DNA of 64,000 nt from Octopus vulgaris (GCA_951406725.2 OX597817.1:112220001-112284000); one strand, 5' to 3'; numbered from the stretch's first letter, positions 1 through 13,760 are shown. The notes: generated by a model from the letters alone, not told the origin. Made by a program: numbers and translations.

Positions 1-1800
1 GACCTAGAGTTCTAAACATTGGCGATACGTCGTGCTCGGCAGACCGCACTACATCCCCAACCCCACATCACTGATGAACAATGGTCATCAATTCAAAGTA
101 TCATCACTTGATAACAAAAAGTATCAGTAGTTTCACCAAAAAGGGGAGCCCAAAATTGATTTGACAAATAACGATGAAATTAACTAGCCCGTTGAGAGAA
201 AGCAATATGCTCGGATGTCACACGAGCAAGATCAATGATAAAGACTTAATATGACTCGTTATCAAAATTTCGATCATTAATGTCAAACCAAACCCAAAGT
301 AATTCCGAACAACTCGTTGCACAAAAAGCAACTTGAAAACTATGCAGTTGCCCGTGAATTTAGATGCTTCTTTGTTGAAGCGAAGCAAATGTTTAGCCCA
401 GTACGAACGTCAACGGGTGACTATCTAGCTGCTGACGGATCCACACGATAACCTCCAACGCTGGAAGAAACATTTTCCCTCGCTGTTGAATCAGAATTCA
501 CCAACAACAGATTTCTTAAGAAATGTTTCACATCATCGTAGAAAACTATAGATGATTGCACAATTATGATTTTGAGAGTTTGAAAATGCTGTGAAAAAGA
601 ATGATACAGTAAAAATCCCCAAATCCAAATACCATTTCTCTTAAATCATTGCAATATGGTGGAATATGCCTCAAAACCCAGCTTGTCTCACAAATTTTGA
701 AAAGATTGAGTCGTAAATGAATTTAAGGATGCAGTTATTATGACCATCTTCAAGAAAGGAGAACGAAAATTTTGTGAGAATTAAAGGGATATTTCATTGC
801 ATTCCATTGAAGGAAAGAAATATTTGCAAATGTCTTTCGAAACCGTCTACAGATCATTACGGAGTGATTCTCCCCGAATCTCTAGATTTTCATGCCTTTC
901 ATGGCACATTCAACATGATTTTTCTGAGCGAAACAACTACAAGAGGAAAGCAAAGAACAACGGAAACAATTTTTCCTTGTCTTCTACAACCAAGAAAAGT
1001 TTTTGACAGTGTGACAAGAGATGCCATATGGATGGTTCTTTAGCGTTTTAGTTGCCCAAACCACTTCACTTCACTGATTCAAGCACTGCATGGCAATGTC
1101 AAGTTTATTTTTTCATCAAAGTAAAACTTTCCGAACAGTTCCCAATTACGTGTGGGTTGAACCATGATTGCATTCTTGCACTTTCACTCTTCTCCTTAAA
1201 CTTAATCAGGTACTGACATCAAATACTATTGTAATGGAGAACTATTTAGTATAGACAGGCTTCGGTCTCATCGACACATCAACGTCCGAGTCTTTTCAGA
1301 ATTTCAATACGCAGACAGCAATGCTACTATGTCAAAACACATCAGTAGCTCCTGCAATCAGTCAACAATTGTTGGAATCTTACCAATTTTCCAAACACTG
1401 GGTGACTGATCCTTTTCCGGAGTACATTTGTTCGAAAGAATACTTTCAAAATAAGAAAAATGGTCAATCTGTTCGTGAGATGTATCACGGATATTGTTGA
1501 AATCATGGAGGTTGATCTTCGGAGCAGGTTAGGCTAGGACTAGTTCTTCGTGATATTCACAGTGAAGCCGAAACAATCAGCTCTACAGCGTTTGGAAAAT
1601 TGGCAAAACGGGTTTCTAAGAACATATAACTAACAATAAAAACAAAGTGATGGTCTAGCAAGCTAACTTATCTCAGCATTATTATACGGCTGTGAAACAC
1701 GAACACTTTATCATCGATAAATCAAACTCAGCGGTATCTTAAACATCAAATGAGAAGACAACGTAAGCACCATCATCTCAAGAGTTTGAAAATGCCATGA
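1..1800 (+). mobile_element. Decayed RTE-clade LINE (linker and reverse transcriptase region)
   Basis: Broken frames give LLTDPHDNLQRWKKHF (~430-480), DAVIMTIFKKGE (~728-765), KVFDSVTRDAIWMVL (ORF 774-1043), EFQYAD (~1300) and LYGCET (~1682), in RTE order with many stops and frameshifts. Confidence 0.85.
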
Positions 1801-1929
1801 ATATGACGGAACTTGAAAATTCCCGGGTCAAGATAATACCCCTCTTGAATTACTGAAACATGCGGTACTACTTCTCAATAGTAATTTTTCTTTTTTGGTC
1901 TAATCCTGAAAGTATGGGCAAACTGTCGA

Positions 1930-2110
1930 ATTCAAAATATGTAGTAAATGAATTTAAATATGCAGTAATTACCACCAACCTTGACAAAGGAGACTGAAAA
2001 ATCTCAGGAGTTATTGTGGAATGTTATTGTTCTTAGATGCAGGGAAAATATCTGCTAAAATCCTTCTAAGCCGTCTCCTAATAATTTCGGAGGAAATTCT
2101 CTCAAATCCT
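1930..2110 (+). mobile_element. Second short RTE RT N-terminal fragment
   Basis: Reads AVITTNLDKGD...AGKISAKILLSRLLIISEEIL, the same RT segment as ~730-880. Confidence 0.6.
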
Positions 2111-2744
2111 TAAAAAAAAAGTCATAAAATCACCCACGTCAAAACATTGGCGGTGATGGTTAGGACATGAGTGAGAATGAAAGAATCCTCTTCAGTGAAT
2201 TAATCATAGAAAAAAGACAATGAATAAATCCCTCCAACAGTTAGAAAGATCCAATTAAAATGAATGTGACTGGAATTAAAACAAAACCGTGGGAAAATGG
2301 AATCCCAGAATTGCACCAGCTGGTACTGAAATTTTTGAAATGTAAACAAAGATAATTTTAAGAAAAACGCAAAGAACATAAAATGAAACAACAGCCACCA
2401 TCTTTCTGTACCATCTTTGTTTCTGCTTATTTTACGCGAAAATTGGTAATCTCAGCCACCAACGGCTAAAACATGGAGAAACCACTCCGTTAGGAGGAGA
2501 TCGAAATTCTTGAATACACACACACAAGCATGCACGCACGCACACAAGCAAGAGGAAAAAAGAATAAATAAAAAAATAAACTGGTAAGAGGAGAGAAATC
2601 CCCCACACACATGCACTCTTACATATACAGACACACACATACACAACAAGCGCATACATATATATTCAGACACACACATATATTCACATACACACATGCA
2701 GAACGTTGAAACATCGAAAGTAAACTGATACACACAAACATATA

Positions 2745-4000
2745 CGAGGATTATAGTGCGTAGAACTTTGTTTTTAACTGATATAGGTCGTTCAAATTGC
2801 ATAGGGTGGTGGAGTAACACTTCCCCTATACAAAGCTACAACCCAATATCGTCACCTTCACAAGCAATGCATTTGCGCCATCGTTGACCACAAATTTCAA
2901 AACCGCTTCGAAAGAATTCAGGTGTCCACAACTACTTTCACAACCATTTTCACTTCATCCACATCATCAATTCGCTGTCCTTCATTGAACCGAATAAATA
3001 AAATCGGATTGCACTAGATCTGGACTATACTGTAGATGGAGTTCCACTGACCAGCTCAGTCCGTCGATTGCCTGAGTTGCTGCCAGAGATGAGTGCAGTC
3101 GGGTATTGCCATGGTGAATGTCAATCATTTGTAGATTCCTGTTCAGTTTCTTCCTCCAAATGGCTTCTCTAAGCTGTTTGTGCACCTTAATGTAACGTTC
3201 GCTTAATGTAACCTTAATGTAACGTTCGTTTCAGAAAATAAAAGAATCTGATTGATACCCTTGTCATCCTCCAGATCAGTCACCATTACTTTCTATGCAG
3301 ACCACTGGCTCTTGAATTTCTCAGGCCTTGGAGAAGACGATGTGGTGCCATTCAATAAACTGGGTTTTCGTTTCCAGATAATAAAAGTACGCCTACGCTT
3401 TATTGTCTGTCACTCGATCGAAAAAAAAACCAAAAGAACAAAACAAACAAAAACGTGCCTTCATTGGTTTCAAATGTTTCTAGGAGATCAGAGCAGACGT
3501 CCATCTGTTTGTTCTTCAAACCAGGTGTCAGGTGCCGAGGTACCCACTTTGCACACACTTTCTGATACCCAAAATCTTCCACCGTCTCCTTTAATGCATT
3601 GTGACCACAGTTCAACTGTACAGTAAGTTCGCAGACAGTGGCTCGACTGTCCACACGTATCAATTCGTCCACTCTTTGGCGATTGGTGTCATTAGTTACA
3701 GTTGATGGTTTCCTACAGCGTGGTTGGAATACAATCGTGATTTCCCATTCTTTGAACTTCTTCACCCATATGTCCAGGTTGCGCTCGTGAACGGTGGTAT
3801 ATCTATAAACAATCTATAGCCTTCGGTAGATGTCAGACAGCTTGCATCTCACCTGCGTCAAGGGCTCAAAGATGATTCGCTGCTTCAGTTTGGAGCTTAC
3901 TATTTGCCTGTCATGAAGTGCAGGAAGAAAAGTTACTGAAAAGTTACTCTACCAACATGTGCAAGTTGAACGACACGGATTAATTATATTTAAAAAAGTT
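2745..4000 (-). mobile_element. Mariner-family DNA transposon, pseudogenised transposase
   Basis: ORF 3400-3765(-) has an HTH region plus KVCAKWVPRHLT (WVPHEL motif); ORF 2982-3185(-) has YSPDL; C-terminal QRWRKCIA at ~2860-2890. TIRs not clearly resolved. Confidence 0.88.
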
Positions 4001-4034
4001 AATCTCTTTTACATTACTTTCAGCACAATTCTCA

Positions 4035-4345
4035 CATACATGCATGCGTACATACATACATACATACATACATACATACATACATACATACATACATACA
4101 TACATACATACATACATACATACATACATACATACATACATACATACATACATACATACATACATGCATGCATACATGCATACATACATACATACATACA
4201 TGCATACATATATACATACATGCATGCATACATACATACATACATACATACATACATACATACATACATACATACATACATACATACATACATACATACA
4301 TACATACATACATACATACATACATGCATGCATATATACATACAT
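4035..4345. repeat. (TACA)n microsatellite
   Basis: Direct reading. Confidence 0.98.
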
Positions 4346-4447
4346 ACCCTGCTGATGTTGAAATTCCAATGAAGGAGCCTTGAATCTAGGTTTGAAACCG
4401 GTTTTTCTCTATTGGCAAAAAATCTTGAAATAAAGTGAATAATGACA
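4346..4447 (+). mobile_element. Isolated ~100-bp 3' terminal module of the (TACA)n-associated R4/Dong-like LINE
   Basis: Very similar to 5490-5590 (gatgttgaaattccaatgaagga...ctctattggcaaaaaatcttgaaataaa...aatgac); flanked by TACA arrays on both sides. Confidence 0.8.
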
Positions 4448-4461
4448 TACATACACACATA

Positions 4462-4493
<32 letters not shown>

Positions 4494-4552
4494 TACACAC
4501 ACACACACACACACACATACATACATACATACATACATCATACATACATACA

Positions 4553-4584
<32 letters not shown>

Positions 4585-4586
<2 letters not shown>

Positions 4587-5590
4587 AAAGCGACAAGTCA
4601 CGTATTTGGCGTTAGAGACTATCGAAAATACGATGAATACTATCTCCAACTTTGGAGCCACAACTATCAGGCTTGTTAAATACCTGGTTAAATAACTTCA
4701 GATGAATTAACTGAGGAAGCCTTTTATTCATGATCGTAGTGATTTTCGACTGAAACTTGAATTTACCATGCAGCGAGTTACTACAAACAACATAACGGGA
4801 CACAACATCATGTGATGTTGTTTACACTTTCTGTAAACCGCTTGTCATTCATGTTAAGGACGTTTGAAGGATATCTAACCGGTTCACAAGGAAACAGAAA
4901 TACCAAAATTACACAGTTTCATATGGATGACTTAAAGCTTTATGCAAAGAATATGCAAGAGATGAAAAAGTGCCTTGACCTAGTTACAACATTCTCAAAG
5001 GATGTAGGGTTGGAGTTTTGTCAGGATAAATGTTGTCATATGGTTGTGAAAAGAGGGAATACTATAAACCAGACTAGTAACATTTCTATCAATGATTTGA
5101 CTGTTTCCTCTGTGACTGACGAGGAATGTTATAGGTAACTTGCAATGGCAACTGTAACGAAACACGTGTCACTCAAGAATATCACAGCCGAATAAAGAAA
5201 ATTTGGACCTCAGAACTTTCTGCATTCAATAAAACAGTGGCCCACAATGTGTTTGCAGTGCCAGTACTCATAACAACATTTGGGCTGTTTGAGTGGACGC
5301 TTGATGAGATCCAAATCGTTGATGTGATCCAAATCGTTGATGTGAAAACTCGAAAAATACTAACAAGCACACATAATTTCCACATAAACAGTGACATAGA
5401 CCGCCTCTACCTAAAACGTGTATCATTTAAATATACATGAGCATGTCTAGATATGTAACTATATGCAGAGAATACATACATACAAAAATACCCTGTTGTT
5501 GATGTTGAAATTCCAATGAAGGAACCTTGATCTAGGTTAGAAATTGGTTCTTTCTCTATTGGCAAAAAATCTTGAAATAAACTGAATGAC
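4585..5590 (+). mobile_element. R4/Dong-like RLE non-LTR retrotransposon fragment (RT plus 3' end, internally deleted)
   Basis: LFTLSVNRLSFML...HMDDLKLYAKN...GLEFCQDKC (ORF 4812-5138); AHNVFAVPVLITTFG...DIDRLYLKR (5237-5440); ends aatgac then ATAC-like repeat. Confidence 0.88.
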
Positions 5591-6371
5591 ATACGTACGT
5601 ACATACATTATGGCTGCCCCCTCGCACACACACATACACACATACATACATACATACATATTCCTTTTATGTCAACTCCTTTTAGCGACGAGCATTTCAA
5701 GGGATTTTTCAGCGATATAATTATTGGAGAAGCCAAAGAAATTAACCTGTAGGCATTAAGCTCCGAAAAAATTCCCGTATTCCTTGGAATAAGCCATGGA
5801 GATGAATGACTTTTAAAATGTACGTGAATCGCTGTCATTTTTGATGACGCAAGTTCGCCAGCGATTTCGCGAAATAATAGCTGGAGAAATCTTCAACAAT
5901 TAAATACGTTTTTGTCTCAATAAAATATTAAAACAATTTTTATAAGACTTTTCCTCATATTTAATTCTCTTTGGATCCAATCTTTCAAAGAATTTTCAGT
6001 TAAAAAAGTCACTTCTTTTTACTATGCAAGAAGGTACATAGAATATATGGAATGCATGTTATGTAATTGCCTGTATTAAATACCATTTTCAGCTTATTTC
6101 TTTTAGAATACTATTTCTTACAAAACGGATACATTAGTAACGCTACGAAGGTGCAAATATTTAATACAAAATCTAATGACAAGGTGCTAAAATCCCAACC
6201 AGTGGGTCTCCACGATGCTCTCTCTGAAGACGTAACTGTGAAGGATGCACATTTACCTAGTTCTCTTCCATACGTTGTATTCTCCGTGGTGGAGATAAGT
6301 TGTTTATAAACTTGCGTTACCCAGAGTGTGAATTAACACATAATGTTAGATTTGGTTTCAAACATTTGCAT

Positions 6372-6590
6372 CATTGGCAGACTCATTACCGCGCCGGATA
6401 AAATGTTTAGCGGCATTATTTCTACTACTACGTTGTGAGTTCAAATACCGCCGGTTTCGACTTAGCCGTTCATCCATTTTTCGAGATCAATGAAATAAAT
6501 ATCAGTTGAGTAATGAGGTCGGCGTAATCGATTATTCCTCTCCCACCAAAATTTCAGGCCTTGTGCACACAGTAGAAAGAATTATTACAG
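6372..6590 (+). mobile_element. SINE family C (tRNA-like head, Nin-like domain), degenerate
   Basis: Matches the units at 57903-58696 (gagttcaaat box B; catccattt...gatcaatgaaata). Confidence 0.7.
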
Positions 6591-6869
6591 TTATTTATAG
6601 GGAGAGTGTTTCCGTCTGGATGATGTATTATTAGTAAGTAAAAATATGTCGTGAAGGAAAACAATAGTCACAGAAAATTTAAAGGTCCTTATATAATTTT
6701 CGATGGCAAAAAAAAAAGGTTGTTTTGGGTCATCAGTTTTCGGAAAATCGCTTGTGTGCTTGTATACATACATTTCACAACAAAAGCATTACACAACTAA
6801 GTCACCGCTTGGATGATAGAAATTTCTCTATATTTGTTAGAGTATCTGAAAGATCAGTATGTAATATTG

Positions 6870-7080
6870 GTTTCTATTTTTGGCACAAGGCCAGTAATTT
6901 CCGGGAGGGTGTAAGTCAATTACACCGCCCCCAGTAATCAACTGGCACTTATTTTATCGACCTCGGGAGGTTAAAAGGCGAGTCGACCTCGGTAGAATTT
7001 AAACTCTGAGCGTTAAGACGGACGAAATACCAATTTCTTTATTGTCTACCGGGGGCCAAACATAGAAATGGACAGAACAA
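6870..7080 (-). mobile_element. SINE family C, partial dimer
   Basis: ttttatcgacctcgggaggttaaaaggcgagtcgacctcgg...gacgaaatac followed by a second tail. Confidence 0.7.
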
Positions 7081-8264
7081 CTGATGGGATCAGTAAAGCG
7101 ATATGATTTTGCATATAATGTGACTTTAAAAATTTAAATACAATATTAAAAAATCGAATGGAATTAACCATACAAAGACAATACAAATGATGCGATGATC
7201 AGGCCATGCTCCGACCCCACAAGCCCCGCTAAACATTTTGCCCGGTGTGCTGACGATTCTGCCATCTCGCCAACATAGACCAGTATATAATATTGCTTTC
7301 AAATTTTGGCACAGAACCGGCACGTTCGACTCCAATGCTTAAGATTCTGCCATCTCACCACCTTCAAGACCAGTATGTAATATTAGCAGCAGAAAAGGGG
7401 TTTGTGCTGTGGTTGTTAATTTTCGGTATCTATTCCTAGTTATGTCCATTTCACTTCTGTAGAAATTCTGTGAAAAGCATGAACATTACAATTTTCTGTT
7501 TCGTCTTTTACTTAACCCTTTGTCTGTCCAAAGCGTTTTCATTTGTTTGTTCTAAACGTCTATGCTTGTTTCTAGGCTTTTATTTCGCCCCAGCCTATTA
7601 TGTTCTGAGTTATATAAAGCTCTCCTTTCATAAGTCCCAAGTTAATCTGGAGATTGAAAAACATTGTGAACGTGTATCATATATGATACATGGACACTAA
7701 GAAAAATGTGCGCATCACATGTTATTTCTTTATTTGTGCGCATCACATGTGATACACTAGACAGGCAAAGTGTTAAATGTTTCATACACCACAGAGAAAC
7801 TGTGTTAGCTTTTGAATGTAGAGTTATTGCATTAAAATTATTTCAAAATTTCCATGTTACTGACGCGGGGTAGAGACCTTTCCACAGTCAAACCTAATAT
7901 TTATTATATTACAACAATGACTTTTAACAAATTTTGTACCAATTCGTACAACAGCGATCAACCCTAGAAGCAATATTGATCATAATATTTAGAGATGTAA
8001 CATTTGAGTGAATTACAAATAAAAAAAATGGGCGAGATTAATGACATGAGCAATAACGAAACGCAAGCTAGATCGATTCTTATAATATATGGCCTGTTGA
8101 TTAAACATTGACACACAGGCACACGCACGCACACATACACACACACATATTTTTATGTACGTATTAACTATGTGAATGATTGACTGAAGGAAGGTGTCCA
8201 CTAAACTCTACATGTTACGACTTGCACAAGAGAAAGATGAGACAGAATACGAGAGGGAGAGAGG

Positions 8265-8314
<50 letters not shown>

Positions 8315-9445
8315 TTTATATAAGGTTTGTTTTAAGCTTAATTGACAATATCGTTATCTATTTTTGTTTGACAGTTTAATTAATAGATCTCCGATGGATG
8401 TGAGCGTAATCTATAAATTAAAACACGACTCTACTTTAAAAGTAGGTTGTGACCAACAAGAGACTTTTAACCAATTAAACTTCAGAGCATTTACAAATTT
8501 GTCTCGATTAAATTATTCTGAATGCTGTTTGTTTTGGTGAAGCTCCAATTATAAGAAAAATAGTTGCTAAGTTACAGCCTATGTTCGGAATTACTTTTTC
8601 AAGATTTATAAATGTATCTATTTCTTTCAAATTTTTTCTGAAAGCATTCTTTTTTACTGGATTTGTTGTAAATATTCCTGTCTTTGTTATTTGTCATATT
8701 AAGAATTAAATTATAACTTTTGGAAATATATAATGGAGAGAAAATAACAGGCTGCTGATATCTATAATGAAATACATTCATTTTTGAAGAAGCTGAGGCT
8801 GATCAGATTTATTGTTTTATATAAATTTTTTTATGGTTTAGTGAGATAAGAAAGAGTAGTGTACTTGAGCCTGGCGAAGGAAAACAACGAGTTATGGGCT
8901 GTTGTAGTAGAAAACAGCTGATCTAGACATTGGGTTATTCTCAGCTCGAAGACTTGATCCGGATATTCACGGTATTGTGGGTTCTTACTAAAGGCATCGA
9001 AAGTCAGGCGGGTATGTGAAACCGCGTTACAGATTAATTGTAACACCGAAGCAGGGCCATCTTAGCAGAATTATAGGTTCCCAGGCAACCCAACACACTG
9101 GACCCGATAGTATTTTATTGAAAACAAACTACAGCATATACAGATCAAAATTAGGCTCCTATGCCCGTAAGGCCCCCGGGAAACAGCCCAGTGTACTTCT
9201 GCCTTAAGACGACACTGCATCGAAGGGCAAATACAGTGCATCTCGTAAACTTTTGAACAATTCTCATCAATTGAATTTTTTTAAAGAGAGCTCGGGTTGA
9301 CTTGAGGTTATAGTAGAGTCAGTTGCCCAAATTGCTATACAGTGCAACCTATCTTGAAACAACATGATTGTGAATTGAACTTCTTAACCACATGGTCTTG
9401 ACTATACAGAGAAGATTGACGCAGACGTTGCAAAATTTTATATTT

Positions 9446-10150
9446 TGACTTTTACTTGTTTCAGTCATGATACTGCGACCAAGCTAGAGCATCGCCCTGA
9501 AGAATTGTTTTAGTCGGATAAATCGATCCAAAGTACTTATCCTTTAAAGTCTGGTACTTATTAAAACGGTCTCTTTTTCCCAACTGCTAAGTTATGCGGA
9601 CATAAACACGCCAGCACCAGTTATTAAGCGGTGGTAGGGACAAACACACGCCACACGCCACACGCAAACACACACACACGCACACATACATACTTACATA
9701 CATGAGCATATATGCATATTCACCTGAATATGTATTTGTGTGTGTGTGTGTGTGTGTGAGTGAAAAATTTTATTGTCGTTGTGACTGAGGGTGCCGAAAC
9801 ACCTATATTGTAAGAAACAAGAGTTAAAAACTTTTCATGCTGTATGAAGCGCATAATATATATACACTAATAGGGGAGATAACCGCCCTGCGAGCGACTC
9901 TAGAATCATTGAACTTGACTAGTTTCGTCTATTAGTCGTAGATTCGTCAGCAGTGACAACTGAATCGTTCTATGGCTTATATATATATATATATGAGTTT
10001 CTTTCAGTTTTTATCAACGAAATCAACTCACAAGGCTTAGGTCATCCCTGCGCTATATTAGAAGACACATACTCAAGGTATCACGCAGTGGGATTGAACC
10101 CGGAGCCATGTGGTTTGGAAGCAAACTTCTTACGATGCAGCCACACCTAT
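9446..10150 (-). mobile_element. SINE family A (tRNA-derived, CORE-like) split by an insert at ~9720-9990
   Basis: Tail 9446-9650 and head 9995-10150 align to the intact copy at 11147-11594. Confidence 0.8.
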
Positions 10151-10899
10151 ATTTATTACTTTTATTTTGTCAATACATTTTGCATAATTTCACAAAAAGC
10201 AATTCTGAGAATTAGATAGTAATTCTAGAAATTTCTATTTAATTTCTTATCATAAAAGTCAAACTTGGTGGTGTAGATGGTGAAAGGAGCTGGGAGAGAA
10301 CGCCAGAGGGTTTGACGTTCTAGAAAGGAACAACTGAGTGTGGGGATGTAAGGTAAGTAAGAAACAGTTTGGTCTATTTCAGAAGATGAGAGAAGAATGT
10401 TGTGTGTTTTTTGGATAGAAGTGTAATGAGAAGCAGGGCCATTGAAGTAGTAATAGACCTGATATAGTAAAGATATAGAGTGTCAGTGGACTGCAAATTG
10501 AAACATATTGGGGCAATGTGAAGTGAAGTGTTTTGTTCAAGAACACAGTGCGCAGCTCGGTCCATGAAATGAATCCACAATCTTGTGATCGTAAACCCAA
10601 GGGCATGCGCTTTCATGTTAAGTATACACTTATGAATCCGTATTGTGACTGCACAAGGAAATAGTGACTCCATGCCAATCACTTGGGCGGATTTCTTTTG
10701 ACTGCAGTCTAGAATGTTCGTATGCGTTAGTACCTCCGCCTCCGCCTCTTCCTCCTCTTCCTCTTCCTCCTCGTCATCGTTGTCGTTGTTATCATAGATA
10801 TAGGAGCTATATTCTATTGCGAGTCTCACTTTGTTTATGATTCCTATTTTACTCGATGTTCAAAAAAAAAAATTCTAATATAAGACGTCATACAACAAA

Positions 10900-11142
10900 G
10901 ACACATTTCGTTGTTCTTCGTTGGTTTTTCGTTGGTGGACAACGAAAAACTTGGCTGATCTGGAACCCAACCTAGGCCCCCATATCTACGGCGTTCGCCG
11001 CTGGAATAAGGAGTGGTTGGAGATCACGCGGTGGTTAGCCTCAAATCGCCAGGCCTGGTCGGCGTTTGTGAGAGATGCAGCATTGAGGATGAATGAAGCC
11101 AGCTCAACCCACTCCGGGTGAATGCTGTCAAGTCAGTCAGAC
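10900..11142 (+). mobile_element. RTE LINE 3' end fragment
   Basis: ADLEPNLGPHIYGVRRWNKEWL...ASNRQAWSAFVRDA followed by a caagtcagtcag tail. Confidence 0.7.
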
Positions 11143-11146
11143 ACAT

Positions 11147-11346
11147 TACTCTTTTACTCTTTTACTTGTTTCAGTCATTTGACTTCGGCCATGCTGGAGC
11201 ACCGCCTTTAGTCGAGCAAATCGACCATAGGACTTATTCTTTGTAAGCCTAGTACTTATTATATCGGTCTCTTTTGCCGAACCGCTAAGTTACGGGGACT
11301 AAACACACTACCATCGGTTGTCAAGCGATGTTGGTGGGGACAAACA

Positions 11347-11416
<70 letters not shown>

Positions 11417-11594
11417 CATATACATATATACGACGGGCTTCTTGTAGTTTCCGTCTACCAAATCCACTCACAAGGCTTTGGTCGGTCCGAGGCTATACTA
11501 GAAGACACTTGCCCAAAGTGCCACGCAGTGGGACTGAACCCAGAACCATGTGGTTAGCAAGCAAGCTACTTACCACACAGCCACTCCTGCGCCT
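11147..11594 (-). mobile_element. SINE family A, full copy with internal (CA)n
   Basis: On the minus strand: box A-like tggctgtgtgg, box B-like ggttcagtccc, CORE-like tttgggcaagtg, tail (agtaaaag)n. At least 10 related copies in the window. Confidence 0.9.
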
Positions 11595-11609
11595 ATAACG
11601 TAATCTTGG

Positions 11610-11800
11610 GATGATCTCGGCTAAAATTACTTTGCTCTGCAAAAGTGGTAGCAGAACCTCCCTACCATCTTAAAAGAAAGTATACACAATGAGGAATCCC
11701 TATAAATATTACGCCTTGAAGAAAATGAGATGGTCATAACTGGAATGGTTTTGGTCATAGGTTTGCTTGATCAGTGCTGACCTAAGGCTAAACAAGTCAA
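11610..11800 (+). mobile_element. Old dispersed repeat ending in gctaaacaa (SINE/LINE tail-like)
   Basis: Related sequence at ~18400-18580(+), ~25485-25680(-) and ~54440-54560(+). Confidence 0.5.
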
Positions 11801-12119
11801 TACTATTTTTGATTGCAATTCATATTGTTTGTGTGCGTGCGTGTGTGTGTGTTGGTGGTGGGATTGTATGACCTACGCCCACGTAGAGACTTGTGCATAG
11901 CTTCCCATTCTTTGAGAAATACTCTCTAAAATTTTCAAGGCTCAAAAACTGATGGAAATTGTGAAATTGTTCTAAACACCAAATTGAAATCTTATAGTTC
12001 GGCTATTATAATCAAGAGGCATCTCATGTTTGTTCAATCATAATCAGATGGAAAGTATTGCTTTCTATCTGGTTTTGAAAAGTTTGAACCTCCATGGTTC
12101 AAAAGGTTGGTTTTTCGTT

Positions 12120-12456
12120 CTGGGGCGACCCCACTCGGTCATGAATGACCATGGGATTGCACCTAGAAAGTTACCTTCCGAGGCACAAGTCCGGGTAAGG
12201 ATGTTTATGGAAGACCAGCAGTCGTCCATGCATACCAGCACCCCCTCTCCACGCTACCGATGTTATCCAAGAGAAAGGCAAAGGCCGATACAGCTTGGCA
12301 CCAGTGACGTGGCAACTCATTTCTACGGCTGAGTAAACTGGAGCAACGTGAAATAAAGTGTCTTGCTCAAGAACACAACACGCCGTCCGGTCCGGGAATC
12401 GAACTCACAACCTCACGATCGTAAGCTCGACGCTCTAATCACTGAGACATGCGCCT
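12120..12456 (-). mobile_element. SINE family B (tRNA-derived)
   Basis: Minus-strand head ggcgcatgtctcagtgattagagcg...gagttcgattccc; highly similar to 56882-57205 and 59143-59470. Confidence 0.9.
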
Positions 12457-12959
12457 TTCGTTCTATCTCTGAGGTACTAGGTAGATAAGAGATATATCCC
12501 CATTACTGGATTAACTTTCAGTTCATCACAGATAACTTATTCACGACAATCTGATGAACTGAATCATCATGCTGAGTAAAATGTTCTGTTCTGAATGATA
12601 CAATGAAATGTTGCATTGTTTGATTTAAAATAACGAATCATGTTAGTCCACAGGATTACTTTGTCCCAAATATATGGACGCAAACATGAATAGCCTTCAT
12701 AAATACTGATTAGAATATATTAATAGATTATTTATATATTAATAGATTGGATTTCTTTGATTAATGATATTGATAAGCAAAAGGAAATGAGATGCTGTAG
12801 CGTGGATACTTATACCCCTATCCCAAGGGTATGTAAAAATAAATGTGACAACAGTATTGACTATTGTGAAATTAGTCTAACGTAACAATCAATCTTTGAT
12901 ATGAAGAAGTCCCAGCACTAGTAAATATATACCTTAGTTTTGCGGTTGCTATTGAATCT

Positions 12960-13170
12960 CATATGATTTAAGAGGTTTAAGGACTAAGCAGTTTGATGTA
13001 TTGTGCTTTAATACCTTATTTCTCCAGAGATTTCCGTTCTGCCTTCATCTCGACGCTACTGAAGGCTTTTTCATAGTCACCAAAAGCAAGGTATAGAAGC
13101 ATCTTGTGCCCACTCACTCGTTCTATTAGCTGTGTTAGCGAGAATATTTAGTCCATTGTAGTGTACTGGG
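12960..13170 (-). mobile_element. RTE RT fragment
   Basis: Minus strand reads LTQLIERVSGHKMLLYLAFGDYEKAFSSVE. Confidence 0.65.
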
Positions 13171-13698
13171 TTCATAAAAAATTATCCGTTATTTAAATAC
13201 AAGTCATGCACTTCAGTTGAGAAAAGATTAAAGGCTATGTCGAAAGCAAAGGGTGGTTCTTTCTGAATTGTAAGTATATGTAAAATATTGCCAATAAATA
13301 TAACAACGAACTAAAACCCAAAACATTATATTTTATGATTAAATAAATAAAGGTCAAATATATATGCTGTACCCAGTAGTTCTTACGGAAAAATCTATAT
13401 ATATAAAGTTGAGAATGTGCGTCTGTATGTCTGTCTGTATATGTGCATCACTAAAACTCGAGAACTACCCAACCAATTTCATTCAAATTTTACACACTTA
13501 CACAGTGTCATGGGCCAAAAAATTTTCAACTTCTTGCCTAATGCGATCCCGGAACAATCCCTTATCTCTTACACTATTTCAGTATTAAGTGGAATAATAA
13601 CATCTCTACTAATACTTTCACTATTATATGGTTTCAATTTCAATTACTTTCATTATGTATCTATATACAGTATATTAGTTTCAATTCTATTACTTTCA

Positions 13699-13760
<62 letters not shown>

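Noticed and set aside
3959-4596. ORFs of YIHT/MYVC, YI, CV/HT or YLSI repeats here and throughout the window
   Set aside because: They are stop-free translations of microsatellites, not genes.
10345-10362. aggtaagt splice donor
   Set aside because: It lies in what looks like a decayed LINE 3' fragment, with no convincing upstream acceptor.
12517-12565. Hairpin containing CTGATGA as a hammerhead
   Set aside because: No properly placed GAAA or cleavage triplet follows.
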